Below, piece by piece: positions 1-11,311 of a DNA stretch of 64,000 nt (positions are counted from its first letter, which is position 1; each line of letters begins with the position of its first letter). The notes beneath the pieces were generated by a model. That model was not told where the DNA came from. It saw only the letters and a list, made by a program, of their open reading frames with translations, and did not search any database. The DNA is taken from NCBI RefSeq assembly GCF_027921745.1, contig NC_079238.1, positions 1,178,001 to 1,242,000 on the forward strand. The letters are read 5' to 3'. The translations under genes were made by a program, and so were the position numbers. This stretch comes from Schizosaccharomyces osmophilus (lineage: Eukaryota).

Positions 1-1268
1 TGATAACTAAAGGACTTGATATCGATGATATTAACCTGCAATGCACCCAAAAACCCCCATAACCTAGAATAATCTCTCTGAGTGGTTGTATCAATAAACA
101 TATTATAAGGCCATTGTAAGGAAATAGCGAGACAAATTGGAATCCCTTTGAAGCTTATATTTGGATTCATTAGCTCCGAAGACTTCGCCAAATGAAGAGA
201 AGAGATGCAGTCTCCATACATTGAGTCTAAATCCAAGTCTGAAACTGTATTCCTCAAAACTATCGGGAAGTACTTTTCTGGATCTGAAATGGTTTGTTGT
301 GAAGGATTTATGTCAAACTCGAGAAACCTTTTCAAAATTGTCGTTAAAACGCTTGTATCTTCATGTAACATCACCATTTCAAGCATCATTGTTAAATCCG
401 CAAGTCGATGAGCAGACGCCATTTTAAATACAATATTTCTGGAGGCAAGAGCGTATAATTTGCCTACAATCTGCTTAATCGAAGATTGTGAAATTGGAAA
501 ATCAAGAGATTTGGCCTTAGCATAAAATTGTTTCAAAAGATTCGCATATACATCAATAAGCAAAGACTTTGCCTTTAACATACAAAATCTCGTAAAAAGG
601 GCATCCTTTGCAGATGCTAAATCCATAAAAGGCACCAAAACATGTCCACTGCCTTCGTAAGCTTCTGGCGAAACAGAAAGGTATCCGTAATCTTCCCGGA
701 AATCAGTAACCAAATATTCGAGAAAATGATTGAGCCACACTTTTTGTAGGCAGACTTGGATCTCTATAATAAGTTGCTTGAAATTCAAACGAGATGACTG
801 CATATAAAGTAACGTTAGGGAATGAAAGATAGAATATGCCGTCTGATATTGAAGTGCAGTTGCGGCTATTAGAAACAAATCTGGAAATGTATGCTTCCAT
901 GAACTTAGATGGGCTTCAACTTGAGTCAAAGATACAAACTTTCCCGAACCAACAAATGAAGAATCTCTCGTTAAAATTTGCTGTTCCAAGTCGACAAGAT
1001 CTTCGTCAAATTTTCGAAGGACGTCCTCAGTAAACATGTACAAGGAACGATGAAATACATTATTTGGGTGATTTAAGGGGGAAATCGAAGGGTGCAAAAG
1101 TTTGGCGGTTTTTCGACGCTCAACAGCTAGAATACCAATTTCTTGTAATATATGGCGTTCTCCAGGATGTAAAGTATGAAGAGAAGGATGCAAAGTAACG
1201 ATTTCGTTGTCAACTAGGAACAGGCTAGAGTCATAGCCAGCAAGGAAGAGTAACAGTTCGTGTAACAT
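1..1268 (-). CDS. gfh1: Gamma-tubulin ring complex subunit GCP4/Gfh1, 5' part (runs off the window edge)
   Basis: Hand translation of the minus strand from ATG 1268 is open to position 1. It starts MLHELLLFLAGYDSSLF (GCP4-type N-terminus) and contains LAISLQWPYNMFIDTTTQRDYSRLWGFL (GRIP2-like). Absent from the ORF track because there is no stop in the window. Syntenic with S. pombe SPBC211.06. Confidence 0.85.
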   Translation of the reverse strand, partial: MLHELLLFLAGYDSSLFLVDNEIVTLHPSLHTLHPGERHILQEIGILAVERRKTAKLLHPSISPLNHPNNVFHRSLYMFTEDVLRKFDEDLVDLEQQILTRDSSFVGSGKFVSLTQVEAHLSSWKHTFPDLFLIAATALQYQTAYSIFHSLTLLYMQSSRLNFKQLIIEIQVCLQKVWLNHFLEYLVTDFREDYGYLSVSPEAYEGSGHVLVPFMDLASAKDALFTRFCMLKAKSLLIDVYANLLKQFYAKAKSLDFPISQSSIKQIVGKLYALASRNIVFKMASAHRLADLTMMLEMVMLHEDTSVLTTILKRFLEFDINPSQQTISDPEKYFPIVLRNTVSDLDLDSMYGDCISSLHLAKSSELMNPNISFKGIPICLAISLQWPYNMFIDTTTQRDYSRLWGFLGALQVNIIDIKSFSY

Positions 1269-1562
1269 TTACCAGTAAAGAAAGACTGTAGACGACATCC
1301 GAATTAAATCTTTTTCAACAAATAGTTTATAGGAAAAGCAAAATCTCTTATACAAACCAGTGAACGCACAGAATATAAAATCCTTGGGAAGTGGGCTGTC
1401 TGAAGCGCGCTAAGTAACTAAAGTAACAAACGTAAATAAGAAAAATACTCAAATAGCTTGACGCTTATTATCCTGCTTTATGAATTGTCAATTCATTTTT
1501 TTTATAAATAAGTAAAAAACTGTATGCTTCTTGTTGATAAGCTCGTCCTATTCATCAAGTAT

Positions 1563-1964
1563 TCAATGGTTGGGAGGAGGAGGACCACAAGGCATGATCA
1601 TTTTTTCCAGCATTTGCTGACGAACTTGCGTCCTAGATTCACCCAATGCGGTCGACATATATGCGAGAAGCGGTGGATGTCCAACGATGGAAGACAACGC
1701 GTCTCTGTGTTGATTAACCATCCATTCGCTAGCCAAACGGCGTTAGTATAGAGTTTCATACTAAAATAAAGACAGCATAGTCTAGTCATTTTCAAACGGT
1801 ACTTACTATTTGGTGGTAGATGAATGACCTACACCGACGAATCGAGCTTGAAGTTGTTCCAATTTTGCTTGTGAGCGCAATCTATCAGCCTACAAATTTG
1901 GTTAGCTTCCATAAATCGACCATAACATTATATATGAAAAAAAAAACACGTTCTACCATACCAT
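1563..1964 (-). CDS. sap10: Splicing factor 3B subunit 5 (SF3b10/Ysf3-like), 3 exons
   Basis: Exons 1964-1962 (ATG only; start position least certain), 1889-1807 and 1728-1563. Donors GTATGG and GTAAGT, CTAAC branch points, TAG acceptors. Product MADRLRSQAKLEQLQARFVGVGHSSTTKYEWMVNQHRDALSSIVGHPPLLAYMSTALGESRTQVRQQMLEKMIMPCGPPPPNH is typical SF3B5. Confidence 0.92.
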
Positions 1965-2400
1965 AATAAAAATTCTTTGAAAATCGCGTTTCTGACAGGT
2001 TTCTTCGCGTCAAACTTTTCTCCCTTTAAAGTGTCTGAGCGCAATGCGGTAATTCTTGATGTAAATAAACAAATTTACAGGAAAACAAAAGAATGGAATG
2101 AAGGCATATTTATTTATTTTTTTTATTATTTCATTGTTGGATGAATTGCATTGCCCAAACAAGTTCCTCCAAGAACCCAAATGCAATAGAAATGGAAGAA
2201 TCCAAGAAAAACGCAGGTTTAAAACGCATCAGAAAACTGTATTTTCAATTAAACGGTTTTTTTTAAAAAAAGAAGAGTACTATGCAGCCCACTTTTCGAA
2301 TAAAAAGCTTCTTTTTGGAGAAAAAATGATTTTTAGTGTATTATCGTCTTACTTATTTTTTAAGACGAACTTTAATGCGCGTCGCTTGTGTAGTGCATAA

Positions 2401-5178
<2,778 letters not shown>

Positions 5179-5710
5179 AATCTGTCTTTTTCGGAGGGCA
5201 TAGGCATATCTTGGTTCGTTCAATCTCTTTCCCCTTGTACTCGATAGTTTAACTCAGTGGATCATTTAGGTTGTTAAGGTCCATAACTTTTACTTTCACT
5301 AGGGTCTCTACTGTCTTTTTCACTTGTATACTTAGTTTTTTCGTTGGATTTGTTTCTTCATGTAGCTAATGATGATTTCGTCTTCATTTCAATATACCGG
5401 GAAATAAAGCTTTCTTTTCACTCGTTTATACTTTTTTTAGAATTTTGACAGATTCCTTATTTATTTATACTTTACTAATTATTTAAATCTGTTCAGCCTT
5501 TGCTTGTTTTATTAAGAATGTAAACAAAACATATAATAGTAGCGTTTTTTTCTATATTATTTCGGTTCTTCCTAAGTCATCGACGATAGACCTATGGGAA
5601 GGGTAAGACCCTTTCACATAAACCAACTACTTTGCTGAAAGCAGCCTTAGTAAAAATTCTTGAACAATTCAAATTAAGAATTGATTCATTTATATTAAAT
5701 AGTAACGGTT

Positions 5711-8700
5711 ATGGATGTGCCTCGTGCATTTCCAAACCAAGAACCGTTATGTTCAATTTCGCCATCTTCCTTGGTGATAAATGAAATTATAACAATAGTA
5801 ACAGCTATTCGAAAGACATCACGATGGAAAAGTTCAGGCGTTGCATCAATTTTAGGCGTCACGACCTTAAACGATGAGTTTCTCGCGGATGGATTAGAGA
5901 ATCGTTGGAAAACGAACGGAGAGAAAAGCAGTAGCGTTCGATATCCCTTGGTGATGGAATTCTCACAACTAAAGACTGATCTCACAAATCAGCATAACCT
6001 AGGTAACTTTGATTCATTAAGGCTGTTGTCCCCCTTTCTGCGAACCATAAAGTCACCGAGAACGACTGGAAATGTAACAAGCTTGTGTATCTCAGCCATT
6101 TTGAAATTATTTTCCCTAAGAATTATAACCGACAAATCCCCAAACCTAAATGTTGCCATGAGAAATCTTTCGTTTGCAATTACACAATGTAGATTTGAAA
6201 GTTACGATTCCTCTCAGGATGAGGTTGTCCTTCTGCGTGTTTCAAGACTTATGGAAGAATCAGTACGTGGTGCTGGTAACCGTATACTGAGTGATGATTC
6301 CATTTGCGAAATTGTCGAAACAGGATTAAGCATGTGTTGTCAAATGAGAGTATCTGCTATGTTGCGACAAAGCGCTGAGTTGTCAATGATCAGTATAATT
6401 CAATGTATTTTTGAGCGACTTAAGTACATTGATTCAGGATTAGATGACGAAAATTTCTGGAACGAAACCATAAAACATCCTATAGAAGAGCAAGACTTTC
6501 ATTATAGTCGCTTGAACAACAGTGATGTTGGGTCAAGTGAAATAACTCCATTCGGAATAGAATCTATACGCGAGGTCCTTCGTGTCTTAATTTCTTTCAT
6601 AGATTCAAAAAATCAGCATTTCACTGACCAGGTAAAAAGCATGGCTCTCCGATTTATTAATGCCGCCTTTGAAGTTGCGGGCGAACACATGGGCAACTTT
6701 CCTTCTCTGCGCATATTAATTAGTGATACCCTCTGTAAATCTTTATTACAGTTAATACGAAATAGTCAGACGCCCGTGTTAACTAACTCTCTTATTGTTA
6801 TGACTACTTTACTTCAAGCAATGCCTCACCATTTGAAGTTACAACAGGAACTCTTTATATCTTATTTAATTTCCTGTCTACAAATCCCAACCCATATATC
6901 GAAAGATTCCGGTCTTGATTCATCTTTAGTAAGGGCTATATCTTCCACGAACTTAGCAAAAGATCAAAATACAGACCGAGCGACACCAACCTCGTTTTCT
7001 GAGCGAAAACGTTTTGTTTTTGACAGTGAAGGAAGCCCTCCCGAAATCCGTGAGCTCATAGTAGAATGCTTTGGCTCTCTCTCTCGGATCCCTGGATTTC
7101 TTGTTGACTTGTATGTCAATTATGATTGTGATCCTCAGATGTCTGATCTTGCTTTAGATCTCGTACGTGTTCTTACAAGAAACTGTTTAATTGATGCTGC
7201 TCGCTACTCCACTAATAACGTACCTCCTTTATGTCTCGACGCTCTTTTAAATTTTATTCATAATTTCCATGAACGCCTTCTCCCTGCTTTTGAACCTAAA
7301 GACCATGATCGTGCCTTAGGGGATTTAACATCCTTATTAGAGTCTAAGGAAAGAAAATACTTAATTATTGAGGGTGCAAATCTCTTTAATGAAAGCCCTT
7401 CCGATGGTATTTCATATTTATCTTCCCATTCCATTATTGAGCATCCCTCAGAATCAAACTCTATTGCATCTTTCTTTCATTCTACGAATCGACTTAGTAA
7501 ACGTGTGTTAGGTGAATACTTAACAAAAGCGTCAAATAGTGAATTACTAAATGCTTTTATGATTGCTTTCGACTTCAAGGGTAAACGAATTGATGAAGCT
7601 TTACGCATGCTACTTCAATCTTTTCGTTTACCGGGAGAATCCCAATTAATCGAGCGTGTAGTAGAAGCTTTTGCTCACTATTATGTTGAGGCCAATCCTG
7701 GTGTAGTGGCATCTAAAGATGCTGCTTTTGTTCTTTCTTATTCTATCATTATGCTGAACACAGATCAGCATAACCCAAATATAAAAGCACAAGCGAGAAT
7801 GACTTTAGATGATTTTTGCCGAAACGTGCGAGGAGTAAATGATGGTACTGATTTTGATCGTCAGTTTCTTTCTGATATTTATAATGCTATTCGGAACTTT
7901 GAGATAATTGTTGCCGAAGAGCATGACACAGAGCTTTCCTTTTTCTACATTTGGTCCAAGCTGCTTCAAAATTGTAAGGGTACTACCCCTTTCCGCTGTA
8001 CCGACTCAAATGTTTTTGATTGTATTGTTTTCAAAGATGTATGGAATTCTATATTGGCCGCCCTAATGTACGTATTTTCGACCGCTACTGAGGATACCGT
8101 GTTTTATCGAGTTGTGAACGGTATACAACAAGCAGCTGACGTTGCTGCTCACTTCAATCAGAACAATGTTATAGATTATATCGTTCGTCGTTTAACGGAC
8201 TTCACTGCTATAGGATCATTACATATACCTGAAAATCAATTGAACACGGCCATAAATCATGAGAATCATCAAGTAGTGGTCAGTGAGCTTTCGGTACGTC
8301 TCGGTCGTGATTTTCGAGCACAACTGGCTCTTATAGTACTTTTTTGGGTTTGCAACAAGTTCAAAAATTGCATGCATGACAGTTGGTCGCCCGTCGTTAG
8401 CTTGATTTTAGCTTTGGGTAGTAATAATTTGCTATCAAAGGAGTCTCTTCCAGGTGCTAAACTGTTTCAGTATGAGCACTTCCCTTTTCCTAACCCTCCA
8501 GTTATTTCCGGAAAATCTAATTTTAGCAAAGAAGGCGGGCTGCTTTCAGCTTTATCTTCTTATTTGTCTAGCTATGCTAACGACGAACCTCCTGCGCCGT
8601 CATCCGAAGAGATAGGTCAAACACTCTCATCCGTAGAGTGTATAAGGTCTTCCAAAATTGATGAGTTTCTTCATAATTTGCTCGACATTGAACGCTCTAC

Positions 8701-10138
8701 TTTAGAAAGATTGATAGATTCACTCATAGAAATTAGTGGTGGACCATTACACGATGTTACATCTTCACAAAATGAAAGCACTAGTTTCATAATTGGACCT
8801 TCGAAATCTTCTCATGCTCATTTTAATACTCAAAACCTCATTATAGCAGATTTGCTAACTTCGTTATTTATCGGGTTTTCTAGGAAAATGGATGCTTCAG
8901 GTATTAAGGAAAAGGTGTTTTCATATTTGCTCAGTAAGGCAGAACATGTTGTTGACGAGCAATCCATGAATCACTTTTCCTACTATATACTATTATTATA
9001 TATGGATGAAGATCTGGAACTAGAAGAATCGTCTATAGAGTGGAAGAAACTTACCGAATACTTTGCTATGGTGAAGAGCAAAGAGCTGGCAGTCGAGAGT
9101 TCTATCATTTCAATGTTCCTTGAACTAGGCAACAGATATCCATACTTGTTGCACAGTACATTTGGTTTTGATTTTCTGGATGTAGTTCTTCATGTTAATT
9201 CAGCGGATGTTTCCGACTTACTTGTTATCTTCCATAAAATTTCGGCTCATCAACTTGATCTTCCCAAGCTTCAGTGTTACCTTTCATCTGTTGATATGTT
9301 TATTCAAAACATTGTAAAGCAACTAGCTCGCATACTATCTCGTCAGAAAAAAGGACTGACAAAGGGAAAGCCTGTGGATAAGACGACATTAGAAAGTCAT
9401 GGAAAGGATTTGAACGACGCATTTGATTTATATTTAAAAGCGGCATCAGAGTTCGAGGATGAGCATTATGATGTTACTGACGACAAAAATGTTCTGCATC
9501 AAAAATGGAAGATGGTGTACAGTCATATTTGTAAGTTTTGCTTATCCCGGAGTCGGTCTTTACGAACATCATCCTTTTCGTCTTTGCAGAGAGTTGTTAT
9601 GGTACAATTGGACAAATCACACGATATTAATGTCACAATGTCTTTATTCCACCAAGTGTTACTGCCAACGATGGAGAATATGATAACTGGATTGAATGGA
9701 AAACCAGAGCATCATCTATTTGGACTGGCAAAAGCACAAATGTTCGGTATTATTTGCAAAACCATTTTGTTAGACATGGATATTTTATCGAATCAATCGA
9801 ATATGCTCTATCCGCTGTGGTTAAAACTTATGGATGTCGCAATCAAATTGAGCGCAATGCACGGATCAGAAGCAATGGCTGAAGTAATGGAATCTATAAA
9901 AAATGTGTACCTGATTTTACATTCTGCTGGGGCGCTATGTGGTCCTACTGTGCAGGATACGGACTCAGACCCACTTTTAAAAACTTGGAACTCTACATGG
10001 AATAATTTATTCATCTACTATCCTGAACTTGCTCAAGAACTCGACTTTAGTTCAGAAACAGAGACTCAGATACAAACAGAGACAGGGTCAGAAAAGAGAA
10101 CTGAGGAGCATAATTCTCTTGAGACTGGCGTTATTTAA
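5711..10138 (+). CDS. gea1: Sec7-domain ARF guanine nucleotide exchange factor, GBF1/Gea family
   Basis: 1475 aa ORF with HUS box YVNYDCD, Sec7 glutamic finger FRLPGESQLIER and YSIIMLNTDQHN. Confidence 0.95.
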   Translation: MDVPRAFPNQEPLCSISPSSLVINEIITIVTAIRKTSRWKSSGVASILGVTTLNDEFLADGLENRWKTNGEKSSSVRYPLVMEFSQLKTDLTNQHNLGNFDSLRLLSPFLRTIKSPRTTGNVTSLCISAILKLFSLRIITDKSPNLNVAMRNLSFAITQCRFESYDSSQDEVVLLRVSRLMEESVRGAGNRILSDDSICEIVETGLSMCCQMRVSAMLRQSAELSMISIIQCIFERLKYIDSGLDDENFWNETIKHPIEEQDFHYSRLNNSDVGSSEITPFGIESIREVLRVLISFIDSKNQHFTDQVKSMALRFINAAFEVAGEHMGNFPSLRILISDTLCKSLLQLIRNSQTPVLTNSLIVMTTLLQAMPHHLKLQQELFISYLISCLQIPTHISKDSGLDSSLVRAISSTNLAKDQNTDRATPTSFSERKRFVFDSEGSPPEIRELIVECFGSLSRIPGFLVDLYVNYDCDPQMSDLALDLVRVLTRNCLIDAARYSTNNVPPLCLDALLNFIHNFHERLLPAFEPKDHDRALGDLTSLLESKERKYLIIEGANLFNESPSDGISYLSSHSIIEHPSESNSIASFFHSTNRLSKRVLGEYLTKASNSELLNAFMIAFDFKGKRIDEALRMLLQSFRLPGESQLIERVVEAFAHYYVEANPGVVASKDAAFVLSYSIIMLNTDQHNPNIKAQARMTLDDFCRNVRGVNDGTDFDRQFLSDIYNAIRNFEIIVAEEHDTELSFFYIWSKLLQNCKGTTPFRCTDSNVFDCIVFKDVWNSILAALMYVFSTATEDTVFYRVVNGIQQAADVAAHFNQNNVIDYIVRRLTDFTAIGSLHIPENQLNTAINHENHQVVVSELSVRLGRDFRAQLALIVLFWVCNKFKNCMHDSWSPVVSLILALGSNNLLSKESLPGAKLFQYEHFPFPNPPVISGKSNFSKEGGLLSALSSYLSSYANDEPPAPSSEEIGQTLSSVECIRSSKIDEFLHNLLDIERSTLERLIDSLIEISGGPLHDVTSSQNESTSFIIGPSKSSHAHFNTQNLIIADLLTSLFIGFSRKMDASGIKEKVFSYLLSKAEHVVDEQSMNHFSYYILLLYMDEDLELEESSIEWKKLTEYFAMVKSKELAVESSIISMFLELGNRYPYLLHSTFGFDFLDVVLHVNSADVSDLLVIFHKISAHQLDLPKLQCYLSSVDMFIQNIVKQLARILSRQKKGLTKGKPVDKTTLESHGKDLNDAFDLYLKAASEFEDEHYDVTDDKNVLHQKWKMVYSHICKFCLSRSRSLRTSSFSSLQRVVMVQLDKSHDINVTMSLFHQVLLPTMENMITGLNGKPEHHLFGLAKAQMFGIICKTILLDMDILSNQSNMLYPLWLKLMDVAIKLSAMHGSEAMAEVMESIKNVYLILHSAGALCGPTVQDTDSDPLLKTWNSTWNNLFIYYPELAQELDFSSETETQIQTETGSEKRTEEHNSLETGVI

Positions 10139-10302
10139 AAATAGATTGATGTTTAATAGTATGATAAACTGATGATTTTGTTATTTTCACTAAATTAAGA
10201 GAATCCAAGCATGTAAACAGAACATAAAAGAACGTTATCGTCTATTTATTTACGGAATGCACTGTAGTACCGTAGCATAAAATTTATATCACATCTAAAA
10301 GG

Positions 10303-10324
10303 CAGTCACATATTTCTATATAAA
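10303..10324 (+). promoter_or_regulatory. Homol D box plus TATA box driving the snoRNA host transcript
   Basis: Perfect CAGTCACA at 10303-10310 and TATATAAA at 10317-10324, immediately upstream of the snoRNA host. Homol D is the fission-yeast ribosomal-protein/snoRNA promoter element. Confidence 0.75.
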
Positions 10325-10478
10325 CTCAACAATTTCCAATGTTTTAGCTACAGCATATCATGGTGGCTTTACAGCTCAAGAAGTGAGGAATGCTTGCCTT
10401 GTGAGCTGTACTGTTTGCCAGGTGCGACCCTTATTTTTCAAAAGGTAAGTTCATACAAATAAAGAAAGAACAGCGTCC

Positions 10479-10563
10479 AGATTATGATGAGAACGTTTTT
10501 CCTAGTAGGGCAAATAGATGCGGACATCTTTTAAAAGTTTTAGGAATTCTTCGTTGCTGAACA
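10479..10563 (+). ncRNA. snR57: Box C/D snoRNA, snR57-like (18S Gm1572, S. cerevisiae numbering)
   Basis: Box C ATGATGA 10484-10490; box D CTGA 10557-10560. The 16-nt guide TAGGAATTCTTCGTTG (10541-10556) is complementary, with one G-U pair, to conserved 18S CAACGAGGAAUUCCUA; the D+5 rule targets the G of AACG. Flanking stem CAGCGTC 10471-10477 / GACGCTG 10574-10580. Confidence 0.9.
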
Positions 10564-10649
10564 ATGTTCTTTAGACGCTGATCTTTTGATATTAATTTTC
10601 ATATGATTCTAACAGTCTTTAGGTATGAAAATTTGATTGCTTTGTATTA

Positions 10650-10727
10650 CTTGGATGATTATACTTTACCCATATTCTGCTGGTGAATATCCATGAGCCT
10701 CAGAAAACATGCATCACCGAATGAACT
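10650..10727 (+). ncRNA. snR55: Box C/D snoRNA, snR55-like (18S Um1269, S. cerevisiae numbering)
   Basis: Variant box C ATGATTA 10655-10661; variant box D ATGA 10721-10724. Guide CATGCATCACC (10708-10718) is complementary, with one G-U pair, to 18S GGUGGUGCAUG; D+5 falls on a U. Flanking stem 10631-10640 / 10730-10740. Sits between snR57 and snR61, as in the budding-yeast cluster. Confidence 0.8.
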
Positions 10728-10826
10728 TGGCAATGCAAATCTATTTTTTAACCCAAATAAGTTTTTATTCTAACCATAGTTAGAAGTAGGTATTTGAAAA
10801 CCATATTTTATGAGGGAAGTGATTAA

Positions 10827-10920
10827 CATTCATGATGATACAACAAACTCATTCAGTTCTGCTTCTGAGCCAAATCTGAAGAAACCTAAATACCAAGAAA
10901 CTCTCACATATCTGACAATG
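10827..10920 (+). ncRNA. snR61: Box C/D snoRNA, snR61-like (25S Am1133, S. cerevisiae numbering)
   Basis: Box C ATGATGA 10832-10838; guide CAGTTCTGCTT 10854-10864 complementary to 25S AAGCAGAACUG; D' CTGA 10865-10868; C'-like TGAAGA; box D CTGA 10912-10915. Perfect 8-bp stem TTAACATT 10823-10830 / AATGTTAA 10917-10924. Confidence 0.9.
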
Positions 10921-11311
10921 TTAAGATCCTTCTCTTATGAATTTGGCCTTGCAGCTTAGATTATTAGATAGAATTAACTGTATAGACAATGGAATATGAA
11001 GTCACTTTTAATTTTTAATTCATACTGTATGTGGTGTAGTACTTTTTGGAAATGTAATTTGGCATTGAACGTTCCTGACAAGCCTGAGCAAATAAGTGTA
11101 TTGTGTCAATTGTCTTCACGTTCATTTTATGAAGTAGTATCTTTTACTTAATGACAATTTTATGTTCATGCTTGATGTTTGATAGCAAGCAAAAAGGGCA
11201 TCGTATAAATTAGTATAATATAAAGTACCACCTCCGGTGTATAGAGTAAGAGATTGACTAACCACCATTCAATGAGGGTACATTTCTCAAATCTGTAATA
11301 ACCAAGAAAAA

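Larger units (their letters stand above)
10345..11150 (+). ncRNA. Non-coding snoRNA host gene with three snoRNA-bearing introns (ends approximate)
   Basis: Introns 10445-10622 (GTAAGT..CTAAC..TAG), 10623-10779 (GTATGA..CTAAC..TAG) and 10790-10985 (GTATTT..TTAAC..TAG). No sustained ORF; each intron holds one C/D snoRNA. Confidence 0.8.

Noticed and set aside
161..1033. Short plus-strand and off-frame ORFs in the ORF track
   Set aside because: They are shadows of the minus-strand gfh1 coding sequence.
1984..2382. MCB-like CGCGT motifs upstream of mcm6 (1984, 2005, 2377)
   Set aside because: None is a perfect ACGCGT, and two sit against the divergent sap10 start; too weak to call MBF regulation.
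10430..10450. Sm-like site before a 5' splice site, reminiscent of telomerase RNA 3'-end formation
   Set aside because: ATTTTTC lacks the closing G, exon 1 is only about 100 nt, and no telomeric template is visible.
10348..10790. Apparent multi-exon protein gene or pseudogene (AYHGGFTAQEVRNACLVSCTVCQ; YENLIALYYLDDYTLPIFC)
   Set aside because: No start-to-stop frame can be assembled; the splice signals are better explained by the snoRNA host structure.
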